Assembly (NCBI GenBank): GCA_964016885.1
Contig: OZ024741.1
Span: 216,814,001-216,878,000 of the forward strand
Length of the DNA stretch: 64,000 bases
Direction: 5' to 3'
From: Eledone cirrhosa
Lineage: Eukaryota
The position numbers were made by a program, and so were the translations under genes. Below the pieces are notes generated by a model. That model worked only from the letters and a program-made list of their open reading frames with translations. It was not told the origin of the DNA and did not search any database. Shown here piece by piece: positions 40,653 through 53,380 of this stretch (within the stretch, counting starts at the first letter, position 1; each line of letters starts with the position of its first letter).

Positions 40653-42490
40653 TGAAAAAGAACAAAGGAACTATTATGACATTATAACAAGTTTATTGCC
40701 GACAGCCGTTTCGTCCTACCCCATGGTGGGACTTATCAAGGCATATAACATGTGATTGCAAGATCATTGTTTACATCAATGTATCACTCAAGGCTAGCAG
40801 TTTGAAATTGTTGTATACATCAGCAACTCCGCTTTAAGGGGGGGCTCTTTTATATTAGTTGTCGGGGTCAGGGATTGAAGTTTAAAAATTAGACAAAAAT
40901 ATATAATTCACGCATCAACATTAAACCAAGAGACTTGGGGTCCCGTAGAAGCACCTTAGAAAATCCCTCAATGAGTGCATAAAGCTTACAGGCTCCAATA
41001 CACCTATTAGTCTAGAAGAAAGTTAAGAGGCTAATAAAATAAGAAAATAAAAATATAAAGTTTCCCTAAAAAATATATAAAGTTCCTATGAAATTTCTTC
41101 TAGAGAAAAAAATTTTTTCCGAAAGAAAAAAACCTTCCCCCGAGATCACGTTTACAAAATTCAGAAAACTGAATTGAAAACTAGGTTGAAAGAAACTAAT
41201 CAATTAGAGGTTAATTCAGAGAGCCTTCCATAAATCTCTCAGAAAAGGCCCCTTCTTCCGAGAGACCCTTCGAAGAATTAAAATTTTAGAGAGCCTTTGA
41301 GGATAAATATAAAAATGAATTGAGGAAAATTATACATTAAAAGTTAAAAATTAAAAATTACGGTATTTGGGATATCCGAGGAATTTTCAAAGGGCTGCTT
41401 CAACAGATACAACCTAGGCATAATAGGTACAATAATCTAAGCAATTTAAGCAATTTAATTAGGGAGCAATTCAAGGAGTTTATCAAGTTGGGCAAGATTA
41501 AAGAAAGTGGTAACTAAGAAAATACATAAGCAAAAAGACAATAATCATAAAATGTATCCTTAAGAAGGTATAAGGTAGCTTCCGTGATCTAACTCTGTAT
41601 TATCACAAAAAAAACATTCTAAAATTATTGATACAGGATTAGAAATTATTACAAAATCATTACAAAATTACCACAAAATCATTACAAAATTATCAAATCA
41701 TCACAAAATTACCACAAAATCATTACAAAACCATCAAATTATCGCAAAATTACTACAAAATTATCATAAAATTATTGCAAAAATATAACAGGATGAACAT
41801 TACTGGTGACCGTGTGGGCGCGATATCCATTCTGCCTATGCAGTCCCCTGCACAGCTCCAGGCACGATATCCATTATGCGTATGCAGTCATCTGCATAGC
41901 TCCAGGCGCAGCTGGTCTTGTTTAAACGTTCATAGATCACCTGGGGTTCACTATTATCTGCGTGGACTCTCTGGGAGATGTACCTGTGGATCTAATAGCC
42001 AGTGGTTGCCGGATGTGGTCTGTTCGATCCTTTAGTTTCAGGGGTTGAACGCTTTCGCGATAGATGAGCCTGCCGGTTCTAAGTCCAAGGTTTCGCTACG
42101 CAGGATGTATTGGTCTACATGCTATATCGTTAAAAAACCAGTGTGGATTTGACTGGGGTGGTATATTACGAACTCCAAGTCCACACGCGACTGGTCAAAA
42201 TCGAAGGGCTGTCCCCTCTTTGTTTGCTGTATGGGTCGGTCTCAGCTTAGATGGTGGTCGTGTTATCCATATTCCGTCAGCCCTGTATATTCAAGACAGA
42301 TCAGGGTATGTATTTGCGGGTATGGTCCTGCGTCTACATTATCCAGAGGGTCTCGCTTGTGGTATTTTCAAGTTCGCATGTCATCTCCCGGTTAAGACTG
42401 CGCATGCTTCGGTGAATCTCAAGCATGGAATCTTAGGGTATCTTATGGTATCATATTACACGGGGTGACCAGCAGAAAATATACATTCTA
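40650..42490 (-). mobile_element. Putative non-autonomous PLE-derived element with a U3-A8 hammerhead at 40697-40743, bounded by (TA)n
   Basis: Minus strand: TGCC-TTGATAA-GTCC..GGAC-GAAAC-GGCT-GTC-GGCA-ATAAA. No recognisable coding sequence. Confidence 0.55.
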
Positions 42491-42492
42491 TG

Positions 42493-42571
<79 letters not shown>

Positions 42572-42987
42572 CATACACATATATACACATACATACATAC
42601 ACACATACACATATATACCTACACGCACATATATACATACACATACGTATTCATACATACATACACACACACATATATATAACTATATATATATATAAAT
42701 ATGAGAAAGAACATAAATATTATATATATAAAAAAAACTAAATATTGTATATATAAAAAAATATTGTATATATAAAAATAAAAATAAAAATAAAAATAAA
42801 AATAAAAATAAAAATAAAAATAAAAATAAAAATAAAAATGAAAATAAAAAGCTGGGAATACGACAAATAATAAATAAAAAAATATATTTAGAAAAGGGTA
42901 TAAATGTTTATAGCAGATTTAGAGCACTCAACAAGTTCCTCAACATATATATATATATATATATGAGAGTGTTGAAGTTTGCTTGAA

Positions 42988-43049
<62 letters not shown>

Positions 43050-43061
43050 GGGTATGGGGGT

Positions 43062-43093
<32 letters not shown>

Positions 43094-43285
43094 TTCGATA
43101 TGATCAGAGCAAACATCACGGACGCTCTATCTCAAAATTATTTTTGAAAAGCATTTAGAAATGCGCAACCGGTAAAACTTAAAACCAAAACTGAATACTA
43201 ACCAATACAATTACTAATTCTCATTTATTCCTAATTAAACTATTTTTCACTGTGAACAATTTGTCAGCATTTTCTATTCCGTTTA

Positions 43286-43353
<68 letters not shown>

Positions 43354-43467
43354 TACAAAGAGAGAGGGAGGGGGTTAAATTGGAAATCCACGGAAAATAT
43401 ATTTAAGGGTGTGTTTTTCTTGTTTTCCTTTCTTTGATTCGGCAAAGTGACATTATTGGAAAAAGAG

Positions 43468-43658
43468 CGCTGGATTGGCAGTATCGGTAGAGGGTCGGAC
43501 GCCATGCTTTCCAGCATAGAGTTACCTTCTTTTATGATATGAGTTCAAATCCCACCGAGGTTAACTTTGCCTTTCATCCTTACGAAGTCGATAAAATAAA
43601 GTACCACTAATGCACTGGGATAATTGCTGGCCTTGTGCCAAAAGTAGAAACAATTATT
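43468..43658 (+). mobile_element. OK-like SINE
   Basis: Matches the family consensus. Confidence 0.85.
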
Positions 43659-43849
43659 GAAAAAATGAGAGGGACAATTCTTTAGAAAAAGAGTGTTATA
43701 ATGTATATAAGGTATATAAAGTGTATAAAGTATAACCGGTTTCGATGTATTAGTAAAATTCCTCTTATTTAATGTTGAGTATTACAATTAAAAAGAATTA
43801 ATAAGAATTAAAAACTAAAAATTTAAAGATTTAAAATTAAGTGCTGAGG

Positions 43850-43881
<32 letters not shown>

Positions 43882-44005
43882 CCTCAAGCTTTAAAGTAAT
43901 ATATCTCTTCCATGTACTGTGACGTTTGTTTTGTTATTTTTGCTATTTCTGTTTATCTTTTATATATATATATAGATAGATAGATAGATAGATAGATAGA
44001 GATAA

Positions 44006-44038
<33 letters not shown>

Positions 44039-44158
44039 GCGATTCAGTGAATTACTGGTGGTGGTTCCAATATGAGCAATCGATATACAGGTACAATGGA
44101 TATATATCTATATACATTATATAATATATTATAATAATTATATAATATATTATATAAT

Positions 44159-44212
<54 letters not shown>

Positions 44213-44216
<4 letters not shown>

Positions 44217-45750
44217 GGTGGCTGCCAACTCGTTTTCGAGTACGGCCACTACTTTATATCCATGTAGGAGAACCCCTACCGATGCGCTGAACGAGTGTGA
44301 CCTTTTAGTCCAGCCAGCGACTTGAAAACTCTGGTACAAACACTACACTTGTGACAATTATTGACACATAGTGCTGGACCCATGGTACCATGTGATGACA
44401 AGTGCAGAGAGATCTCCAGATATAAAGCAACGCCTGTGCCGTGAAGCTTTTATAGTGAGCAAAGGCACTGCATAAAGCCAGTCCCACTCTCTTAACCAAG
44501 ATGATATTTACCAAAAAGAACAAGTCAACATCATTGGATACCATCAGGGTTGCAGGTGTTATATCAGAGTTTCCCTTCTCCTAGAATTCTGCCTTGACAA
44601 AGGCTAATGGGTCATCTCTTCCGGTGATTTTGGATGGCCATTGACTCTTAAGAGCTCCTTTGCCCGTTGACAGGTTTTGTTTTTAGACCTGCAGGATATC
44701 CAAAGTCACCCTCCTCACCAAGAAACCTTGGCATACATACATACATACATACATACATACATACATACATACATACATACATACATACATTAGGAAATTA
44801 CAAGTTCAATCCATTAATGGAACAGTAAAAATATGTAAAACATTCCAAAAATGTTGCATCTGATAACTGCATATGCACATGTACAGATGCAAAGCATATA
44901 CACATGCACACATACAACTCAAAACATACACATCCACACATACAATAACATCCATATCTACACATGCATGCAGACATAATATACCTAGTTGATGTTGTGT
45001 TAATTCCAATGAGAGAGTCTTGTGTCTATGTTAGAAACCGACTCTCTCTCTATTGGGAAAAATTTGTGAAATTATAAAACCAGAAGATACATACATACAT
45101 ACATACATACATACATACATACATACATACATACATACATACATACACACACACATGGTGGCTGCCAACTCGTTTTCGAGTGCGGCCACTACTCTATATC
45201 CATCTAGGAGAACCCCTACCGAACCCCTACGAGTGTGACTTTTTAGTCCAGCCAGCGACTTGAAAACTCTGGTACAAACACTGCACTTGTGAGAATTATT
45301 GACTCATAGTGCTGGGCCCATGGTACCATGTGATGACAAGTGCAGAGAGATCTCCAGATATAAAGCAATGCTTGTGCCGTGAAGCTTTTATAGTGAGCAA
45401 AATCACTGCACAAAGCCAGTCCCACTCTCTTAACCAAGATGATATTTACCAAAAAGAAGAACAAGTCAACATCATGGGATACCATCAGGGCTGCAGGTGT
45501 TATATCAGAGTTTTCCTTCTCCTAGAATTCTGCCTTGACAAAGGCTAAGGGGTCATCTCTCCCGGTGATTTTGGATGGCCATTGACTCTTAAGAGCTCCT
45601 TTGCCCTTTGACAGGTTTTGTTTTTAGTCCTGCAGGATGTTCAAAGTCACCCTCCTCACCAAGAAACCTTGGTGGGGTTGCCAGTTTAGTCGCCAACGAC
45701 CCGACCATGGGACAGGTTGTACTGGGATACATGTTACCAGTACCACCACT
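44213..45750. repeat. Two direct copies (44213-44732, 45153-45750) of a ~520-600-bp repeat adjoining (CATA)n, possibly RTE 5'-UTR-derived
   Basis: ORFs 44305- and 45243- are near-identical at offset 938. The family assignment is tentative. Confidence 0.7.
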
Positions 45751-45783
45751 TACACACATACATACATACTTACACACATACAC

Positions 45784-45818
<35 letters not shown>

Positions 45819-45929
45819 CATACACACATACACACATACATACATACGTACATACAAGCTAGTAAGTTAATCATTATACAATATGTTAATGTGTAAATAC
45901 TATAAGTTTATTTTTTTGTTCTCTTTTAG

Positions 45930-46218
45930 ATATATTCAGACAATACCGTGATGCTGAAAAACTCCACGATAATTTATTCCAGTACAACAAACACATTGAC
46001 TTCGTCTTTCCCACTGAAAGATTCCTTTCTGTTCAGTCTAGAACATTACATATGTCCTAGGAAGGATGACCGTGAAGCAGCTACACAGGAATGCCTGATG
46101 AAACATCCAATGAAGTTAACTCATATCACTTATACCTCCTTAGCTCTTATAGGTATTGCGATATTACCTTCAGATATGGACTGTACACATTGTGTTGTAC
46201 AGTGGCTTCTCAAACCGG
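45930..46218 (+). CDS. Internal exon: AA15/Chitin_bind_3 LPMO-like core
   Basis: Acceptor TTTTTTGTTCTCTTTTAG (phase 0) and donor CCGG|GTAGGT (phase 1). LEHYICPRKDDREAATQECLMKHPMKL and LPSDMDCTHCVVQW resemble AA15 FEFRLCP...ATQECL and LP...TC..CVLQW. Confidence 0.8.
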
Positions 46219-46227
46219 GTAGGTGAA

Positions 46228-46398
46228 TGTTTGTTGTTGTGGTTGGTGGTGTAGTTATTGTTGTTGGTGGTGGTGGTGGTGTTATTGTTGGTGGTGTTGT
46301 TGGTGTTGGTGGTGGTGGTGGTGGTTGGCGGTGATGTTATTGGTGGTGGTGGTTGGTGGTGTAGTTGTTGTTGGTGGTGGTGGTGTTATTGTTGGTGG

Positions 46399-46432
<34 letters not shown>

Positions 46433-46735
46433 CGGTGATGTTATTGGTAGTGGTGGTTGGCGGTGATGTTATTGGTGGTGGTGGTTGGTGGTGGTGATGG
46501 TGGTGGTGTAGGTGGTGTTGTTATTGTTGTTGGTGGTGTTTGTGGTGGTGTTGTTGTTGGTTGGGGAGTTGTTGGTGGTGATGGCGGTAGTGCTGTTGTT
46601 GTTGATGATGTTGCTGTTGATTTTGTTACTGTTGTTGTTGCTACCGTTTTTTTTACTGTTGTTGCTGTTGTTTTTTGTTACTGTTGTTGTTGCTGCTGTT
46701 GTTGTTGTTTCTGTTGTTGCTGTTCATATTGTTGT
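46228..46735. repeat. (GGT/GTT)n degenerate trinucleotide tract at the start of the intron
   Basis: Directly visible. Confidence 0.9.
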
Positions 46736-47591
46736 TTTACAATACAAAATTCTGGTTAAAGTTATTTATCTAAAGCCCTTCCATCATAATTCCATGTACA
46801 AACACCAATTCAAGACTGAGAAAGTTAGTTATATTATCAAATTTCTACAAATTCTTGCTGAATTGCAAAATTGTTTGAAAACCATAGACAGTGTTTTTCA
46901 TGAGAAAGTGTTTAAGTGTTTATATTTATCTAAGAACCTTTGTTAAGTTATGTTCCAAACACCAACCTAATAACTTGAATGTTAGTTATATTACTAAATC
47001 CCTCCAAATTCTTGATTATTTTTTTAATGATTTTAAAATCTTGAGCAATGTTTTTCATTAGAAAATAAAACAGTGGACCTCCATCGTTTTCGATGATGAG
47101 TGTCCCAGTTGTTCGATCAATGGAAAAAGCCTGTTAATGAAATTAAACTGTAATTGATTGAGCATTCCAAAGAAATGTGTACTCTTAACGCAATTCTCAA
47201 GGAGATTAAGGGTGTGTCTAAACTGAACCTTTGAATTACAAATACAGACTAACCAATGGGCTTCCAAATAGATTCCGTCTACCCACAATTCACTAGCAAG
47301 GTATAAGTCAATACGAGGCCGCGGTAAATTACACTTGCCCAAGCTGTCACGGAATGAGATCGATCCCAGTACCTCATGATTGCCGAAGTGACTCCCTGAA
47401 CCATTCGTCCACTTCACTAGAAACATAACGAAAGAGTTAACATTACTAATATGATCATTATGATATCTTATATGATGATTCTTTAGAATACACAGGGGCA
47501 GTGGAACTGGTGTATATACGCTACAATTTATGTACATGTCATATTTATCGAATATCGAAGTTTTTTATATCTTGGTTGATATTTGATAATA

Positions 47592-47777
47592 TAGTTTTTC
47601 TACTTTTGACACAAGACCAGCGATTACCCCAGTGCATCACTGGTACTTTATTTTATCGACCTCGTAAGGATGAAAGGCAAAGTTAACTTCGGCGGATTTG
47701 AACTCAGAACGCAAAGGGCCATAACTATGCTGCAAAGCATGGTGTCTGACGCTCTACCGACACTGCCAAACCACCGC
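47592..47777 (-). mobile_element. OK-like SINE
   Basis: Reverse complement of the family consensus. Confidence 0.8.
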
Positions 47778-48147
47778 AATTGTTGATATTTGATAATATA
47801 TTATGTTAACCTTCATAGTAAACTGTGTTGTCATGTCATAACTTTTTCTCCACATACCACTATTTGCCAATTGCTAGTATGTTTATTTAGAGACATATTT
47901 CATAGGACATTTTGCTATAATCACTTTATAATTATTAAAAGCTGTAAATCTAATATGACCTGCTTGGACTCGAATTGCATTCCTTGACCATTTTAAAGTG
48001 AAAAGAGCTAAACTAAGTGAAAAGAGCTAAACTAAGTGAAAAGAGCTAAACCAATTCAGAAATGCTTCCACTGTCCCTGATATAGTAAAGTTTCCTTTAC
48101 ACACTCGAAAACCATTCTTTCTATTTCTTTCTTTCTTTATATTCCAG

Positions 48148-48812
48148 TGAATCTAACATCAGGTAGCAACCCCACAACGTATGCCGTCTGTCTGAATATA
48201 TCGGTTGAGCGCCGTTCTAAGTACAGGACTTTGAATATTGGGTTACCAGCTATATCAGAAAGGGAAACGTCAACCACGGAGAAAGACATTACTTGTACTG
48301 GAAACGGGGATTATACTAAACTTGAAGGGATAGAAAATTTGTGTACGAAGTACTGTTTAAATGGTAATTGTCCCATGAAATACTGCAGTTGTAACAGACT
48401 CATGGATATTAAGATGGAACACCCTTGTAAGCCGAGTCCTATCTATAAAGGGCTCCCTGGATTGGGAGAATGGTGTGACATCAATTGTGCGAGGGGCTTC
48501 TGTCCCTATAGCCATTGCGATTGCAGCGGTAGAACGGACCCGCCAACTACTACTGGACCGACGACGACAGAACCAACCACTACACCAACAACGACACCAA
48601 CCACCACACCAACTACAACGGAAGGGACAACTCAAACAACGACACCGCCCCCGATATGTGACCCGGTGGACACCTACGAGATTGTACCTGGAATGAAGAT
48701 GTGGTGCGATGTGAACTGTCGAGCGGGATTCTGTCCAGACTCACACTGCACATGTCGACCAGGAGGACCCGACGAGGCCACGACGCCAGCGGTGCCGGCC
48801 ACCACTGTATAA
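48148..48812 (+). CDS. Probable terminal exon: end of LPMO-like domain, three six-Cys modules and a Thr/Pro-rich linker
   Basis: Acceptor TTTCTTTCTTTCTTTATATTCCAG in phase 1, compatible with the 46218 donor. TYAVCLNISV aligns with EF..CADI.I; three C-x15-C-x3-C-x4-C-x4-C-x-C modules; TAA at 48810-48812. Confidence 0.85.
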
Positions 48813-48814
48813 AC

Positions 48815-48852
<38 letters not shown>

Positions 48853-48872
48853 GGGGGGGGGTGTATCTATGC

Positions 48873-48982
<110 letters not shown>

Positions 48983-49114
48983 AAAGAGAGAGAGAAGGAA
49001 AAAAGTGAGAGAAAGGAAGAAAGAGAGAAAGAGCTAGTAGGAGGGGTGTGAAGGAGATAGAAAGAGATAGACATAAATAGTTATAAGAATATGTTTAAAA
49101 TGTATTAAAAACAT

Positions 49115-52100
49115 TCTGTCAAAACGGCCGGAGCTCAGCCGTCCGACGACGCCGTCAGAGGGCATCGGTTTGCCTCTCCACGTACCGAGTTGCAAACCGA
49201 CTGACTTGTCCCGGTTCAGATTCGCCCCTGTAAACCTTTCGTACTCCTCCGATTTCCGAGGTGCTCGACACTATTACTGTCACGTCATCGGCGTAAGCCG
49301 ACACCGCTTTCCGCAATCCCGGTTCCAAAGGGATGCCCTGCAACAACTCTAACCTCCGCAGCAGTGGCTCGAGAGCCAGCACATACAGAAGGGAGGAGAG
49401 AGGGAACCCCTGTCGGATGGACAGCGTGATTTGGAACTGCTCCGATAGGTAGCTGTTCACCTTGACCCTCGAGCAGATGCGGCTGCTGTGCATGGCAGTA
49501 ACCCAGCCCCTGAAAACGGGTCCGAAACCTGCCGCTGCTAGCACCGCATACAAGTAACCATGGTCGACCCTATCGAACGCCTTAGATTGATCCAAGTTGA
49601 TCAGGGCCCCACCAAAGCCGGGTTCATTCCCAACCCTCTCTATGATGTATCGCATGAGGTGGGTGTTGTCTTGAATGGACCTGGGATAGCGCATGTCTGC
49701 GCTTCTCTCACCAGGTTGCCCACGACAAGCGCCAACCTTTTTGCTAACACCTTGGCCAAAATCTTTAACTCTGCATTTAGCAGAGTTATGGGCCTAAAAT
49801 TACTAATGTCATCCCCCTTGCTCTCGTCCATCCTCACTAGCGAGACTACGCCCTTGGTCACAGAACAGGGAATTCTCCCGTTCTGTTGCCAGTTGCAGTA
49901 GACCGCCTCGAGGAGATCGGAGAACAAGACCGGCATAGCTAGATAAAGTTCGTATGGAAGACCATCGAGATCCGGGGATTTGCGTTTGCCGCATTGGCTT
50001 AGCACGTCCCCTATTTCAGCGGCTGAAATCGGCCTCTCGCAGAACTTCGCCTCCTGATCCGACAGACGCAGTAGGCCGTTCAGGTATGGACCGAAATCCA
50101 AATCCCCATCCGGCCTCTGCCTCTTCCGAAGAGCCGTGCAAAGTGCCTTTGAAAGGCCTCACATATCTGTCCAGGTTCAAGGATCACCCGTCCATCCTGG
50201 TCCCTCAAAGACCGGATGGTGGATTTAATCCCACTTTTGGCTTCTGTCACGCGGGCCCAGCTAACAGCTTTGGCCCCCTCATTTCCTAGAGCACCTATTT
50301 TGCTTCTAACAACTCAGCCTTTGTGCTTAGCGTCGAAAAGCTGATCCAAGGCCGTTCTCGACGCTAACACTCTGGCCACGTTGCCGCTTCTAATGGCCTC
50401 TTCTACTCTATCTATCAACTCCCTTTCCTTCCTATTCCTATCCGAGGCTAATTCCTTACTAAAACCTATCGATACTATTCTAATCTCTCTCTTCAAAGAA
50501 CCCCACCACCTGCTGTTGACGATCACTCCTGTCAACCACTCCTTAACTAAAGTACTAATCCGGTCCCTATAAGCTTTACTTGCCGGTAAGGACAAGTTTA
50601 GCTTCCAGTAACAGGGTCCCTGTCTATGAGTTCTATCAAGGTTGACTATGCAGGTCACTAATTTGTGTTCCGAATAGCCAACCATGAGCATTTCTGGACA
50701 GCTTATTAAGTCCCTATCCTTATTTCTAACTAGGACCCTATCTAGGTACGATCTAGATGATCCGCTGCTGTTTGCCCAAGTCCAGGTTGGCGCAGTCGGA
50801 AAAATCTAGTCGATATCTATCAGCCAGGTTAAATCGGCCGATTAACCTCTTGAGGCTGTTACACCCTCCTCTATCGGGACATTCCCCTACATAGTCCCAA
50901 CGTGCATCTAGGATACCATTCCAGGCCCCCACTAAAAGCAAGGAGCGGGACGTCCCTAGAAAAGTCTCCAGACGCTGGAAGAAGTCCAACCGCGCTGCCC
51001 CAAAAGGGGCATACGCGGCCACCAGCCTAAAGGCTCCACCTTCACCACTGCCAACGTCTAGGACCACCAGTCGACCCTCCGGGTCCAAGTTCACCGTCTG
51101 CGTTGCGAGACCCAGATGTTTTTCCAGCAGAACATCCCCACCCCACCTCCCGACTGACAGAGAGATGCGCGGATCTCAGTCATCAAAGGTGGGGGCTAGC
51201 TGGCGCTCGCTGCTGATCCGGGTCTCGCAAACAGCCATCACATTTATACAGTGTGACCTGAGGTCATTTAGAAGTTTAGCTTGCTTCCAATATGAGCCCT
51301 GGCCTCGCGCATTCAGACAACCTACCCTCAATTCAGCCATGTTGGCGGCGAAGGGGAAGAAAAAGAAAAGGCACCTACCTCTTCGCGTCCCGGGAACCGG
51401 GCCGCACAACTTCCATGGGAGTGTATGAGGGGTTGTTGGGTGGGGTGGTGGTTTGTGGTGGTGTGGGGACATTAGTGTGTGGTGGGGGTTGTGTGTTTGT
51501 TGTGGTGTGGGTGTTAGGGGTGGGGGTGGGGACATTTTTCAAGAGGACGCGGTTAAAGGGTTTTACACAGGGGGGGGGTCCCACGTCCTCATGAAAATTG
51601 TCTTTTAGTGTTTTATGAACATTCAATGTCATTTTTAAAATTTTTAAGGAGGGGTATTCTATAGCCCTCGTAAAATTTGGCCCTTCAGTTTGCACCGAAG
51701 GGTTTTGTTCGATTGTTTTTAATAGTTTTTTTATTTTTAGAATAAATGTATGTGTAGAGCTGTGTCTGTGGGGTGTTTTTTGTTGATGTCTGTGTTGTGT
51801 TTTGGGGAGGGGTGGTTTTTATTGTGTTTGTTTTTCCTGTTTGTGTTGTCGTTAGGTTTGTGTTTGTCTGATGCTTTCTTTTTTTTTCTTTTTACGGGTT
51901 GGAAAGAGTCCACTTCATCTTCGCTGCGCTCCGATGTAAGGGGGTCTTCGTCCGTGTTAGTGGGCAGGGGTATATTTTGTGGTGTTATTGTGTCAGGCTG
52001 TGTTTTTGTGTTTGTTTTATGTGTGTGAGGGGGAGGGGGTATAACCGTGTTCAGTTTTGTTTTGATTTGTTGTGTTTGTTGTTGTTGTGGTGGTGATGGT

Positions 52101-53380
52101 GGTGTTGTTTTTTTGCGGTGTGGGTAGCAGAGGTTTTTTTAACTGAGGACAGGCAGCCCTTAGGTAACCTCTGCCTCCACAGATGTAACAAGAGGGCCGC
52201 CTACCCTCAACGATGAAGTAGTTCCGTTCATCCAGCATGACGCGTTCAGGTATTTGGGCTATTCGTTCCGGCCTCATTTGGGCCAGAATTTCGATGCCCG
52301 TTCCGCTGAACGCGTTGCCGGATGCCTTGTCTACTGAGATTAAATTGTTGTCATCTAGGTTGAGGAACCCAGTTAGTAGCCACCAATAGTCAATAATTGG
52401 AATTATCGTGTTGATCCATATCCTTTGGGTCCTTTTTCCCATGTAAGTTGGGAAAAAGGTGTAATCCGTGGAACGAATTGGCGACACAGAGTATTTCTGT
52501 GCCGCTAATTCATCTTTCATCAGTATGGATAGACTCCCATAGAGTCTATCCTTTTGAATGAAGACGATATCTTTCATTGCCTCTTTTAGAACCAGCTCAA
52601 TCTCATTCTGTGATGGTTGAGCTGGTTTTCTGGTTGTGTGGGCAATTGTTCTAAAAACCACTGTTCTTCGTTCGGTTTGCTTTTTAATTCTAAGGGGCGA
52701 ATTAATGGAAAAGGATCCATTTTCGCCAAAAGTTACATATTTTTTTGCTCATTCAAGCAGTTCTCTGGTGTTTGTTATATCTTCTGGAACATAGGTTATC
52801 GATTTTTTGGCTGTCTGTGCAAAGGATACTTTTTTATTTTCATTGTTGTCGCTGTTGGTGTTTGGGTTGTTTTCATTGTTGTTGCTGTTGTTTTCAATTT
52901 TTTTGGTGTTGGTGTCGATGTTATTGGTGTTGTCTTCATTTTTGTTGCTGTAATTTTCATCTTTTTGGGTGTTGGTGTTATTTGTGTTTGTGTAATTAGC
53001 AATTTCATTTGATTCCATTTTATCATTTTTAGGGTTATTTCCCAAATATTCACAATTATTTGTTAAATTCGCTTCCATATTCGTATGCAAAAGCGAGGGG
53101 AGGGAAATTTCAGCAGGATGAATTGCTTGTTTCTCTCTCTCACTTTCCTTGGAGGGCGTGACAGTGTTCTTTATATGTATGGTGTTCATTGTTGAATTGC
53201 AAGTCAAGCAAAATTTTACAAATGAAGAATTTCACCCCAAAAGGGATGAAAATAAAATAACGACCCGTCTACAAGCCTAGGCGGGAGGTTAATTTACACA
53301 TAAAATAAAATTCAACACAAACTTAGTCAACTCGTAATATAAATCCAAATAAGTCGCAGCCAAAGTTACAGACGTCTACT
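49115..53380 (-). mobile_element. Tx1/L1-clade LINE, 5' end present but 3'-truncated, frameshifted
   Basis: Probable 5' end AGTAGACGTCTG at 53380. ORF1 remnants 52017-53207 with knuckle CYICGGRGYLRAAC. ORF2 runs from ATG 51340: APE (CLNARG, VCETR, GAWN, SEH, YWKLN) and RT (KSPDLDG, FRPITLLN, DQSKAFDRV, RQG.PLS, YADD). Confidence 0.92.

Noticed and set aside
45930-46061. Alternative reading frame of the exon (IFRQYRDAEKLHDN...)
   Set aside because: It terminates at TAG before the donor; the phase-0 frame carries the LPMO-like motifs and fits both neighbouring exons.
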